Below are positions 1-7,095 of a stretch of 7,314 nucleotides of DNA, piece by piece; position 1 is the first letter of the stretch; each line of letters starts with the position of its first letter. Both the position numbers and the translations under genes were made by a program. The notes beneath the pieces are model-generated. The model searched no databases. It saw only the letters and a list, made by a program, of their open reading frames with translations, and was not told the DNA's origin. The stretch lies in the IMG/VR virus record IMGVR_UViG_2802429248_000010; one strand, 5' to 3'. The DNA is from a virus. Taxonomy: Duplodnaviria > Heunggongvirae > Uroviricota > Caudoviricetes.

Positions 1-579
1 ATGGCTTTCAGAATGAGTGCAGAAGCACAAACTATCCGCGTTTTCAATTTACTTAATGGAACCAATGAGTTTATTGGCGAAAGTGATGCATATATTCCGC
101 CGTATACTGGCCTGCCTGCAAACAGTACAGATATTGCACCACCTGATATTCCTGCTGGTTATGCAGCCGTTTTCAATGCAGATGAAATGAAATGGGAACT
201 GATGGAAGACCATCGCGGAAAGACCGTCTACGAAACGAAAACAGGAGCAGCCATTTATATTTCTGAACTTGGCGTATTACCTCCAGACGTGACAGCTATT
301 TCCCCGGAGGGGGATTATCAGAAATGGGACGGAAATGCGTGGGTGAATGATGAGAATGCAGAACGTGATGCGCTTGTCAGAGCGGCGGAGTCTCAAAAGA
401 AAGAGCAGATTGCATATGCAGGTGAAATTATTGCCACTCTGCAGGATGCTGTCGATTTAGATATGGCTACCGAGGAAGAAAAGTTAAGCCTGACACACTG
501 GAAAAAATACCGTGTGCTACTGAATCGCGTTCAGCCGGAAAATGCCCCGGATATTGAATGGCCGGAACTACCGCAATAA
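1..579 (+). CDS. G: Tail fibre assembly protein (P2 gpG-like chaperone); the 5' end may be cut by the window edge
   Basis: 192-aa ORF ending TAA at 577-579. The C-terminal end (...[12 protein letters not shown]) resembles the conserved tail of Tfa/gpG-type chaperones, and it sits immediately upstream of the sheath gene as in P2-like phages. ATG at 1 and at 13 (MSAEAQ...) are both possible starts; the true start could lie upstream of the window. Confidence 0.85.
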   Translation: MAFRMSAEAQTIRVFNLLNGTNEFIGESDAYIPPYTGLPANSTDIAPPDIPAGYAAVFNADEMKWELMEDHRGKTVYETKTGAAIYISELGVLPPDVTAISPEGDYQKWDGNAWVNDENAERDALVRAAESQKKEQIAYAGEIIATLQDAVDLDMATEEEKLSLTHWKKYRVLLNRVQPENAPDIEWPELPQ

Positions 580-584
580 ACACA

Positions 585-610
585 GGCGGGCTGATTGCCC
601 GCCTTTTCTT
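585..610 (+). terminator. Rho-independent terminator after G (end of the fibre operon)
   Basis: GC-rich inverted repeat GGCGGGC (585-591), loop TGATT, GCCCGCC (597-603), followed by TTTTCTTT (604-610), 6 bp after the G stop codon. Confidence 0.6.
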
Positions 611-616
611 TACCGG

Positions 617-690
617 TGGTTGTGCTGTTGATTAGCCAACCGGGACAAATAGCCTGACATCTCCGGCACAACTGAAAATACCACTCACCC
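617..690 (+). promoter_or_regulatory. Candidate Ogr-dependent late promoter (P_F equivalent) for the FI-FII-E-T-U-D operon
   Basis: This is the only non-coding gap upstream of FI. It holds an imperfect dyad TTGTGCTGTTGATTAGCCAACCGGGACAA (620-648, core GTTG-N6-CAAC) and an A/T-rich -10-like stretch TGAAAATA (673-680) about 50 bp downstream of the dyad centre. It does not fit the canonical TGT-N12-ACA spacing exactly, so the precise site is uncertain. Confidence 0.3.
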
Positions 691-711
691 ATTAACCACG
701 GAGTTAAACGG

Positions 712-1902
712 ATGAGTGATTATCATCACGGCGTGCAGGTGCTGGAGATTAACGACGGCACCCGCGTCATTTCCACCGTATCAACCGCCATTGTCGGCAT
801 GGTCTGCACAGCCAGCGATGCGGATGCGGAAACCTTCCCCCTCAATAAACCGGTGCTGATTACCAATGTGCAGAGCGCAATTGCAAAGGCTGGTAAAAAA
901 GGCACGCTGGCGGCATCGTTGCAGGCCATCGCCGACCAGTCAAAACCGGTCACCGTTGTCGTGCGTGTGGAAGACGGCACCGGCGACGACGAGGAAACGA
1001 AACTCGCGCAGACCGTTTCCAATATCATCGGCACCACTGACGAAAACGGTCAGTACACCGGACTGAAAGCCCTGCTGGCGGCGGAGTCGGTAACCGGTGT
1101 TAAACCGCGTATTCTTGGTGTGCCGGGGCTGGATACCAAAGAGGTGGCTGTTGCACTGGCATCAGTCTGTCAGAAGCTGCGCGCTTTCGGATATATCAGC
1201 GCATGGGGCTGTAAGACCATTTCCGAGGTGAAAGCCTATCGCCAGAATTTCAGTCAGCGTGAGCTGATGGTCATCTGGCCGGATTTCCTCGCATGGGATA
1301 CGGTCACCAGTACCACCGCCACCGCGTATGCCACCGCCCGTGCACTGGGCCTGCGCGCTAAAATCGACCAGGAGCAGGGCTGGCATAAAACGCTGTCCAA
1401 TGTCGGGGTGAACGGTGTTACCGGCATCAGCGCATCTGTATTCTGGGATTTGCAGGAGTCCGGCACCGATGCTGACCTGCTTAACGAGTCAGGCGTCACT
1501 ACGCTGATTCGCCGTGACGGTTTCCGCTTCTGGGGTAACCGTACCTGCTCTGATGACCCGCTGTTCCTCTTTGAAAACTACACCCGCACCGCGCAGGTGT
1601 TGGCCGACACGATGGCTGAGGCGCACATGTGGGCGGTGGACAAACCCATCACCGCAACGCTGATTCGCGACATCGTTGACGGCATCAATGCCAAATTCCG
1701 TGAGCTGAAAACAAACGGCTATATCGTGGATGCGACCTGCTGGTTCAGCGAAGAATCCAACGATGCGGAAACCCTCAAGGCCGGAAAACTGTATATCGAC
1801 TACGACTATACCCCGGTGCCTCCTCTTGAAAACCTGACCCTGCGCCAGCGTATTACTGATAAATACCTGGCAAATCTGGTCACCTCGGTTAACAGCAATT
1901 AA
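712..1902 (+). CDS. FI: Contractile tail sheath protein (P2 gpFI)
   Basis: 396-aa ORF with GGAG (700-703) 8 nt before the ATG. Length and sequence (MSDYHHGVQVLEINDGTRVISTVSTAIVGMV...) match the P2 FI sheath protein as I recall it. Confidence 0.96.
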   Translation: MSDYHHGVQVLEINDGTRVISTVSTAIVGMVCTASDADAETFPLNKPVLITNVQSAIAKAGKKGTLAASLQAIADQSKPVTVVVRVEDGTGDDEETKLAQTVSNIIGTTDENGQYTGLKALLAAESVTGVKPRILGVPGLDTKEVAVALASVCQKLRAFGYISAWGCKTISEVKAYRQNFSQRELMVIWPDFLAWDTVTSTTATAYATARALGLRAKIDQEQGWHKTLSNVGVNGVTGISASVFWDLQESGTDADLLNESGVTTLIRRDGFRFWGNRTCSDDPLFLFENYTRTAQVLADTMAEAHMWAVDKPITATLIRDIVDGINAKFRELKTNGYIVDATCWFSEESNDAETLKAGKLYIDYDYTPVPPLENLTLRQRITDKYLANLVTSVNSN

Positions 1903-1914
1903 GGAGCCTGACCG

Positions 1915-2433
1915 ATGGCAATGCCGCGCAAACTCAAATACATGAATGTCTTTCTGAACGGCTACAGCTATCAGGGCGTTGCAACGTCCGTCACGCTGCC
2001 AAAACTGACCCGTAAGCTCGAAAATTATCGCGGTGCGGGGATGAACGGCAGCGCACCGGTAGACCTCGGCCTTGATGACGATGCGCTGTCAATGGAGTGG
2101 TCGCTCGGGGGGTTCCCGGATTCGGTTATCTGGGAGCTTTACGCTGCAACCAGTGTTGATGCCGTACCGATTCGTTTTGCTGGTTCTTACCAGCGCGACG
2201 ATACCGGCGAAACGGTGGCCGTCGAAGTGGTCATGCGTGGGCGTCAGAAAGAAGTCGACACCGGAGAGGGTAAACAGGGAGAGGATACCGAATCGAAACT
2301 CCCGGTGATTTGTACTTATTTCAAGTTGACGATGGACGGTAAGGAGCTGGTCGAAATCGACACCATCAACATGATTGAGAAGGTGAACGGCGTCGACCGG
2401 CTGGAGCAACACCGCCGTAATATCGGCCTGTGA
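1915..2433 (+). CDS. FII: Tail tube protein (P2 gpFII)
   Basis: 172-aa ORF 12 nt after FI, with a strong Shine-Dalgarno AAGGAG (1901-1906). Size and position are as for P2 FII. Confidence 0.95.
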   Translation: MAMPRKLKYMNVFLNGYSYQGVATSVTLPKLTRKLENYRGAGMNGSAPVDLGLDDDALSMEWSLGGFPDSVIWELYAATSVDAVPIRFAGSYQRDDTGETVAVEVVMRGRQKEVDTGEGKQGEDTESKLPVICTYFKLTMDGKELVEIDTINMIEKVNGVDRLEQHRRNIGL

Positions 2434-2441
2434 TTTTCATA

Positions 2442-2460
2442 CGGTCAGCCAGGCTGACCG
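2442..2460 (+). other. Perfect 9-bp-arm palindrome in the FII-E intercistronic region (possible mRNA stem-loop or protein site)
   Basis: CGGTCAGCC-A-GGCTGACCG at 2442-2460, starting 8 nt after the FII stop, with no following U-tract. Confidence 0.4.
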
Positions 2461-2489
2461 GTTAACCCTGATTCAGAAGTGAGAAAACC

Positions 2490-2765
2490 ATGAACAAAGA
2501 AAATGTGATTACCCTGGACAATCCGGTCAAGCGTGGTGAGCAGGTTATCGAACAGGTCACGCTGATGAAACCCAATGCCGGGACGCTGCGCGGTGTCAGT
2601 CTGGCAGCGGTCGCGAACTCCGAAGTCGATGCACTGATTAAGGTGCTGCCGCGCATGACGGCACCGATGCTGACCGAGCAGGAAGTCGCCGCGCTGGAAC
2701 TGCCTGACCTTGTGGCGCTGGCCGGTAAGGTGGTCGGTTTTTTGTCGCCGAACTCGGTGCAGTAA
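2490..2765 (+). CDS. E: Tail assembly chaperone (P2 gpE; lambda gpG analogue), zero-frame product
   Basis: 91-aa ORF with a purine-rich region GTGAGAAAA (2480-2488) before the ATG. It lies directly upstream of the tape-measure gene, as chaperone genes do. Confidence 0.9.
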   Translation: MNKENVITLDNPVKRGEQVIEQVTLMKPNAGTLRGVSLAAVANSEVDALIKVLPRMTAPMLTEQEVAALELPDLVALAGKVVGFLSPNSVQ

Positions 2766-2917
2766 CGTTTCCGAAAAATCTCTCGGTCGATGACCTGATG
2801 GCGGATGTGGCAGTGATATTTCACTGGCCGCCATCAGAACTGTATCCCATGAGCCTGACCGAACTCATCACATGGCGAGAAAAGGCGCTCCGGCGAAGCG
2901 GAAACACGAATGAGTAA
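2490..2917 (+). CDS. E+E': Tail assembly chaperone fusion gpE+E', made by a programmed -1 ribosomal frameshift
   Basis: Slippery heptamer T_TTT_TTG (2738-2744) is phased in the E frame as TTT(2739-41) TTG(2742-44). The -1 frame from 2744 is open for 57 codons (VAELGAVTFPKNLSVDDLMADVAVIFHWPPSELYPMSLTELITWREKALRRSGNTNE) to TAA at 2915-2917. Predicted fusion is 85 + 57 = 142 aa, the size I recall for P2 E+E'. Confidence 0.85.
2738..2744 (+). other. Slippery heptamer for the -1 frameshift (TTTTTTG)
   Basis: X_XXY_YYZ-type motif, correctly phased, 21 nt before the E stop (2763-2765). Confidence 0.8.
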
Positions 2918-5357
2918 CAATGTAAAATTACAGGTATTGCTCAGGGCTGTTGACCAGGCATCCCGCCCGTTTAAATCCATCCGCACAGCGAGTAAGTCGC
3001 TGTCGGGGGATATCCGGGAAACACAAAAATCACTGCGCGAGCTGAACGGTCACGCATCCCGTATTGAGGGATTTCGCAAGACCAGCGCACAGCTCGCCGT
3101 GACTGGTCATGCACTTGAAAAGACACGGCAGGAGGCTGAAGCCCTTGCCACACAGTTTAAAAATACCGAACGTCCGACCCGTGCTCAGGCGAAAGTGCTG
3201 GAATCCGCAAAGCGTGCGGCGGAGGACTTACAGGCGAAATATAACCGCCTGACGGATTCCGTTAAGCGCCAGCAGCGGGAGCTGGCCGTTGTGGGAATTA
3301 ATACCCGCAATCTTGCACATGATGAGCAGGGACTGAAAAACCGTATCAGTGAAACCACCGCACAGCTTAACCGACAGCGTGACGCGCTGGCGCGTGTCAG
3401 TGCACAACAGGCAAAACTTAACGCAGTCAAACAGCGTTATCAGGCAGGAAAGGAACTGGCCGGAAATATGGCCTCAGTGGGCGCTGCCGGTGTGGGGATT
3501 GCGGCGGCGGGAACGATGGCCGGAGTTAAGCTGCTGATGCCCGGTTATGAGTTTGCGCAGAAAAACTCAGAATTGCAGGCCGTGCTGGGAGTGGCAAAAG
3601 ACTCTGCCGAAATGACCGCACTCCGCAAGCAGGCGCGCCAGCTCGGCGACAATACCGCCGCCTCGGCAGATGATGCAGCCGGTGCACAGATTATCATTGC
3701 GAAAGCGGGTGGAGATGCTGCGGCTATTCAGGCGGCAACGCCGGTCACGCTGAATATGGCGCTGGCAAACCGTCGCACGATGGAAGAAAACGCCGCCCTG
3801 CTGATGGGGATGAAATCCGCCTTTCAGCTTTCAAACGATAAGGTCGCTCATATCGGGGATGTTCTCTCCATGACGATGAACAAAACCGCCGCCGATTTTG
3901 ACGGCATGAGCGATGCGCTGACCTATGCCGCACCTGTGGCAAAAAATGCCGGTGTCAGCATTGAAGAAACCGCCGCAATGGTCGGGGCGCTGCATGATGC
4001 AAAAATCACAGGCTCAATGGCGGGGACGGGAAGCCGTGCCGTGTTAAGTCGCCTGCAGGCACCAACGGGAAAAGCATGGGATGCACTCAAAGAGCTTGGC
4101 GTGAAAACCTCAGACAGTAAGGGGAATACCCGACCAATATTTACCATTCTGAAAGAAATGCAGGCCAGTTTTGAGAAAAACCGGCTCGGTACTGCCCAGC
4201 AGGCTGAATACATGAAAACTATTTTCGGGGAGGAGGCCAGCTCAGCCGCCGCCGTGCTGATGACTGCCGCCTCAACCGGAAAGCTGGACAAACTGACTGC
4301 TGCGTTTAAAGCCTCAGACGGGAAGACCGCCGAGCTGGTAAATATCATGCAGGATAACCTCGGCGGCGACTTTAAGGAGTTTCAGTCCGCTTATGAGGCG
4401 GTGGGGACTGACCTGTTTGACCAGCAGGAAGGCGCACTGCGTAAGCTCACACAGACGGCCACAAAGTATGTGTTAAAACTCGACGGCTGGATCCAGAAAA
4501 ACAAATCACTGGCGTCAACCATCGGCCTCATTGTCGGTGGCGCACTGGCGCTGACTGGCGTCATCGGTGCCATTGGCCTCGTAGCCTGGCCGGTTATCAC
4601 CGGCATCAATGCCATCATCGCGGCAGCAGGCGCAATGGGTGCAATCTTCACGACGGTTGGCAGTGCTGTTATGACGGCCATCGGGGCGATTAGCTGGCCG
4701 GTTGTTGCCGTGGTGGCCGCCATTGTCGCCGGGGCGTTGCTTATCCGTAAATACTGGGAGCCTGTCAGCGCATTCTTTGGCGGTGTGGTGGAAGGGCTGA
4801 AAGCGGCATTTGCGCCGGTGGGGGAACTGTTCACGCCACTTAAGCCGGTGTTTGACTGGCTGGGCGAAAAGTTACAGGCCGCGTGGCAGTGGTTTAAAAA
4901 CCTGATTGCCCCGGTCAAAGCCACCCAGGACACCCTGAACCGTTGCCGTGACACGGGCGTCATGTTCGGGCAGGCACTGGCTGACGCGCTGATGCTGCCG
5001 CTTAATGCGTTCAACAAACTGCGCAGCGGTATTGACTGGGTACTGGAAAAACTCGGTGTTATCAACAAAGAGTCAGACACACTTGACCAGACCGCCGCCA
5101 GAACTCATGCCGCCACGTATGGCACCGGTGGTTATATTCCGGCGACCAGCTCTTATGCAGGCTATCAGGCTTATCAGCCGGTCACGGCACCGGCTGGCCG
5201 CTCTTATGTGGACCAGAGTAAAAACGAATATCACATCAGCCTGACGGGTGGTACTGCGCCGGGGACACAGCTTGACCGCCAGTTACAGGATGCGCTCGAA
5301 AAATACGAGCGGGATAAACGTGCGCGCGCCCGTGCCAGCATGATGCATGACGGTTAA
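2910..5357 (+). CDS. T: Tail tape measure protein (P2 gpT)
   Basis: 815-aa ORF. The N-terminal third is rich in heptad-like charged/Ala/Gln segments, there is a long Gly/Ala/Ile/Val hydrophobic block at about aa 530-617, and it follows the chaperone pair, all typical of tape-measure proteins. Length matches P2 T. Confidence 0.95.
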   Translation: MSNNVKLQVLLRAVDQASRPFKSIRTASKSLSGDIRETQKSLRELNGHASRIEGFRKTSAQLAVTGHALEKTRQEAEALATQFKNTERPTRAQAKVLESAKRAAEDLQAKYNRLTDSVKRQQRELAVVGINTRNLAHDEQGLKNRISETTAQLNRQRDALARVSAQQAKLNAVKQRYQAGKELAGNMASVGAAGVGIAAAGTMAGVKLLMPGYEFAQKNSELQAVLGVAKDSAEMTALRKQARQLGDNTAASADDAAGAQIIIAKAGGDAAAIQAATPVTLNMALANRRTMEENAALLMGMKSAFQLSNDKVAHIGDVLSMTMNKTAADFDGMSDALTYAAPVAKNAGVSIEETAAMVGALHDAKITGSMAGTGSRAVLSRLQAPTGKAWDALKELGVKTSDSKGNTRPIFTILKEMQASFEKNRLGTAQQAEYMKTIFGEEASSAAAVLMTAASTGKLDKLTAAFKASDGKTAELVNIMQDNLGGDFKEFQSAYEAVGTDLFDQQEGALRKLTQTATKYVLKLDGWIQKNKSLASTIGLIVGGALALTGVIGAIGLVAWPVITGINAIIAAAGAMGAIFTTVGSAVMTAIGAISWPVVAVVAAIVAGALLIRKYWEPVSAFFGGVVEGLKAAFAPVGELFTPLKPVFDWLGEKLQAAWQWFKNLIAPVKATQDTLNRCRDTGVMFGQALADALMLPLNAFNKLRSGIDWVLEKLGVINKESDTLDQTAARTHAATYGTGGYIPATSSYAGYQAYQPVTAPAGRSYVDQSKNEYHISLTGGTAPGTQLDRQLQDALEKYERDKRARARASMMHDG

Positions 5358-5371
5358 GGAGGTGACGAAAA

Positions 5372-5851
5372 ATGATGCTCGCGTTAGGTATGTTTGTTTT
5401 TATGCGCCAGACGCTGCCACACCAGACCATGCAGCGTGAATCAGATTATCGCTGGCCGTCAAATTCCCGTATCGGTAAACGGGATGCCTACCAGTTTCTC
5501 GGCGTTGGCGAGGAAAACATCACGCTTGCCGGTGTGCTTTATCCCGAACTGACCGGCGGAAAGCTGACGATGACCACGCTCAGGCTGATGGCAGAGGAAG
5601 GCCGGGCGTGGCCGTTGCTGGATGGCACCGGCATGATTTACGGCATGTATGTCATCAGCAGGGTGAGTGAAACAGGGAGTATTTTCTTTGCAGACGGCAC
5701 ACCCCGGAAAATTGATTTTACGCTGTCGCTCACCCGCGTTGATGAATCACTGGCCGCGCTTTATGGCGATATCGATAAACAGGCGGAATCGCTCATCGGT
5801 AAAGCTGGCAGTATGGCGACCAGATTCACGGGTATGACGGGGGCGGGATAA
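5372..5851 (+). CDS. U: Tail protein gpU (tail terminator / tail completion protein)
   Basis: 159-aa ORF with a strong Shine-Dalgarno AAGGAGGTGA (5356-5365). Position and size are as for P2 U. Confidence 0.93.
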   Translation: MMLALGMFVFMRQTLPHQTMQRESDYRWPSNSRIGKRDAYQFLGVGEENITLAGVLYPELTGGKLTMTTLRLMAEEGRAWPLLDGTGMIYGMYVISRVSETGSIFFADGTPRKIDFTLSLTRVDESLAALYGDIDKQAESLIGKAGSMATRFTGMTGAG

Positions 5852-7014
5852 TGCTGGATGCACTGACATTTGATGCAGGCAGTACGCTGACGCCGGATTA
5901 CATGCTGATGCTCGACAGCAGGGATATTACCGGCAATATCAGCGACCGTCTGATGAGCATGACTCTGACGGATAACCGGGGCTTTGAGGCTGACCAGCTT
6001 GATATTGAACTGAACGATGCCGACGGGCAGGTAGGGCTACCGGTTCGTGGCGCTGTCCTGACGGTGTATATCGGCTGGAAAGGTTTTGCCTTGGTATGCA
6101 AAGGGAAATTTACCGTTGATGAGGTTGAACACCGGGGCGCGCCGGATGTGGTCACCATCCGCGCCCGGAGTGCAGATTTTCGCGGGACGCTCAATTCCCG
6201 CCGTGAAGGCTCCTGGCATGACACCACGCTCGGTGCGATTGTTGAGGCGATAGCCTCCCGTAACAGGCTGGAAGCCAGTGTCGCTCCGTCACTGGCCGGA
6301 ATTAAAATTCCGCACATCGACCAGTCGCAGGAGTCTGATGCGAAATTCCTGACCCGCCTTGCTGAACGCAACGGCGGTGAGGTGTCGGTAAAAATGGGAA
6401 AACTGCTGTTTCTCAAAGCGGGGCAGGGGGTGACGGCCAGCGGTAAAAAAATCCCGCAGATTACCATCACCCGCAGCGACGGCGACCGTCATCATTTTGC
6501 GATTGCTGACCGTGGAGCCTACACCGGCGTAACGGCAAAGTGGTTACACACCAAAGACCCGAAACCGCAAAAGCAGAAGGTAAAACTGAAACGCAAAAAG
6601 AGAGAAAAACACCTGCGCGCACTGGAGCACCCGAAAGCGAAACCGGTCAGGCAGAAGAAAGCGCCTAAAGTACCGGAAGCGCGCGAAGGTGAATACATGG
6701 CCGGTGAGGCTGATAACGTTTTTGCCCTGACTACGGTATATGCCACGAAAGCGCAGGCCATGCGCGCCGCTCAGGCGAAGTGGGATAAACTGCAACGGGG
6801 CGTTGCGGAGTTCTCCATCAGCCTGGCTACCGGTCGGGCAGATATTTACACGGAAACACCGGTTAAAGTGTCAGGCTTTAAGCGCGTCATAGACGAGCAG
6901 GACTGGACAATCACTAAGGTGACACATTTTCTGAATAATAGCGGCTTCACGACGTCCTTAGAGCTTGAGGTCAGGCTTTCTGATGTGGAGTACGAAACAG
7001 AAGATGATGAGTGA
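5851..7014 (+). CDS. D: gpD ('late control gene D'); tail/baseplate hub-like structural protein
   Basis: 387-aa ORF whose ATG overlaps the U stop (TAATG at 5849-5853). Size and position are as for P2 D. Contains an internal Lys/Arg/Pro-rich segment. Confidence 0.94.
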   Translation: MLDALTFDAGSTLTPDYMLMLDSRDITGNISDRLMSMTLTDNRGFEADQLDIELNDADGQVGLPVRGAVLTVYIGWKGFALVCKGKFTVDEVEHRGAPDVVTIRARSADFRGTLNSRREGSWHDTTLGAIVEAIASRNRLEASVAPSLAGIKIPHIDQSQESDAKFLTRLAERNGGEVSVKMGKLLFLKAGQGVTASGKKIPQITITRSDGDRHHFAIADRGAYTGVTAKWLHTKDPKPQKQKVKLKRKKREKHLRALEHPKAKPVRQKKAPKVPEAREGEYMAGEADNVFALTTVYATKAQAMRAAQAKWDKLQRGVAEFSISLATGRADIYTETPVKVSGFKRVIDEQDWTITKVTHFLNNSGFTTSLELEVRLSDVEYETEDDE

Positions 7015-7032
7015 TATGATTTATTTATCTGT

Positions 7033-7061
7033 TTGTTTTATAAGGATAAATTAACTAAAAT
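7033..7061 (+). promoter_or_regulatory. Candidate sigma70-type promoter for ogr
   Basis: TTGTTT (7033-7038), a 17-bp spacer, then TAAAAT (7056-7061), in the 81-bp D-ogr gap. The predicted start site is about 28 nt upstream of the ogr ATG. Confidence 0.35.
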
Positions 7062-7095
7062 GGCACCATCAACAAAACCGGAAGAGGTGCTCGCG

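Noticed and set aside
726-1499. Minus-strand ORFs 726..1037, 1162..1386 and 1254..1499, and plus-strand out-of-frame ORF 866..1066, all inside FI
   Set aside because: They are fully embedded in the well-supported sheath gene, have no ribosome-binding site, and have odd composition (Ser/Thr/Arg/Cys-rich), typical of alternative-frame artefacts in GC-rich coding DNA.
2072-2412. Plus-strand ORF 2072..2308 (out of frame) and minus-strand ORF 2089..2412, inside FII
   Set aside because: Embedded in the tail tube gene with no independent start context; Arg/Ser-rich, nonsense-like translation.
2738-2744. Possibility that the TTTTTT run is a sequencing error or pseudogenising frameshift in one long E gene
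   Set aside because: The zero-frame product terminates normally at 91 aa, and the -1 product ends exactly at the T start in the conserved chaperone-pair arrangement, so this is programmed recoding rather than a lesion.
2445-2834. Minus-strand ORFs 2445..2834 and 2462..2824 antisense to E and E'
   Set aside because: Antisense to the chaperone pair, whose sense frames are supported by the slippery site and by synteny; His/Arg-rich composition suggests non-coding.
2971-5430. Antisense and out-of-frame ORFs inside T (2971..3153, 3185..3430, 3349..3537, 3745..3942, 3923..4348, 4391..5080, 5005..5244, 5236..5430), including the 229-aa one
   Set aside because: The long antisense ORFs coincide with the Ala/Gly-rich sense region (GCN/GGN codons give stop-poor antisense frames). 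There are no start signals, and a continuous 815-aa sense ORF with tape-measure features explains the DNA.
5898-6795. Minus-strand ORFs 5898..6470, 6037..6219, 6289..6495, 6519..6761 and 6544..6795 inside D
   Set aside because: Embedded antisense to gpD. The 6519-6795 pair is just the antisense of the lysine-rich AAG/AAA tract (reading as Phe/Leu-rich), a classic artefact.
7033-7095. 93-aa N-terminally extended ogr ORF starting at TTG 7033
   Set aside because: The TTG overlaps the predicted -35 element and has no Shine-Dalgarno; the 72-aa form from ATG 7096 has a good ribosome-binding site and matches the expected Ogr length.
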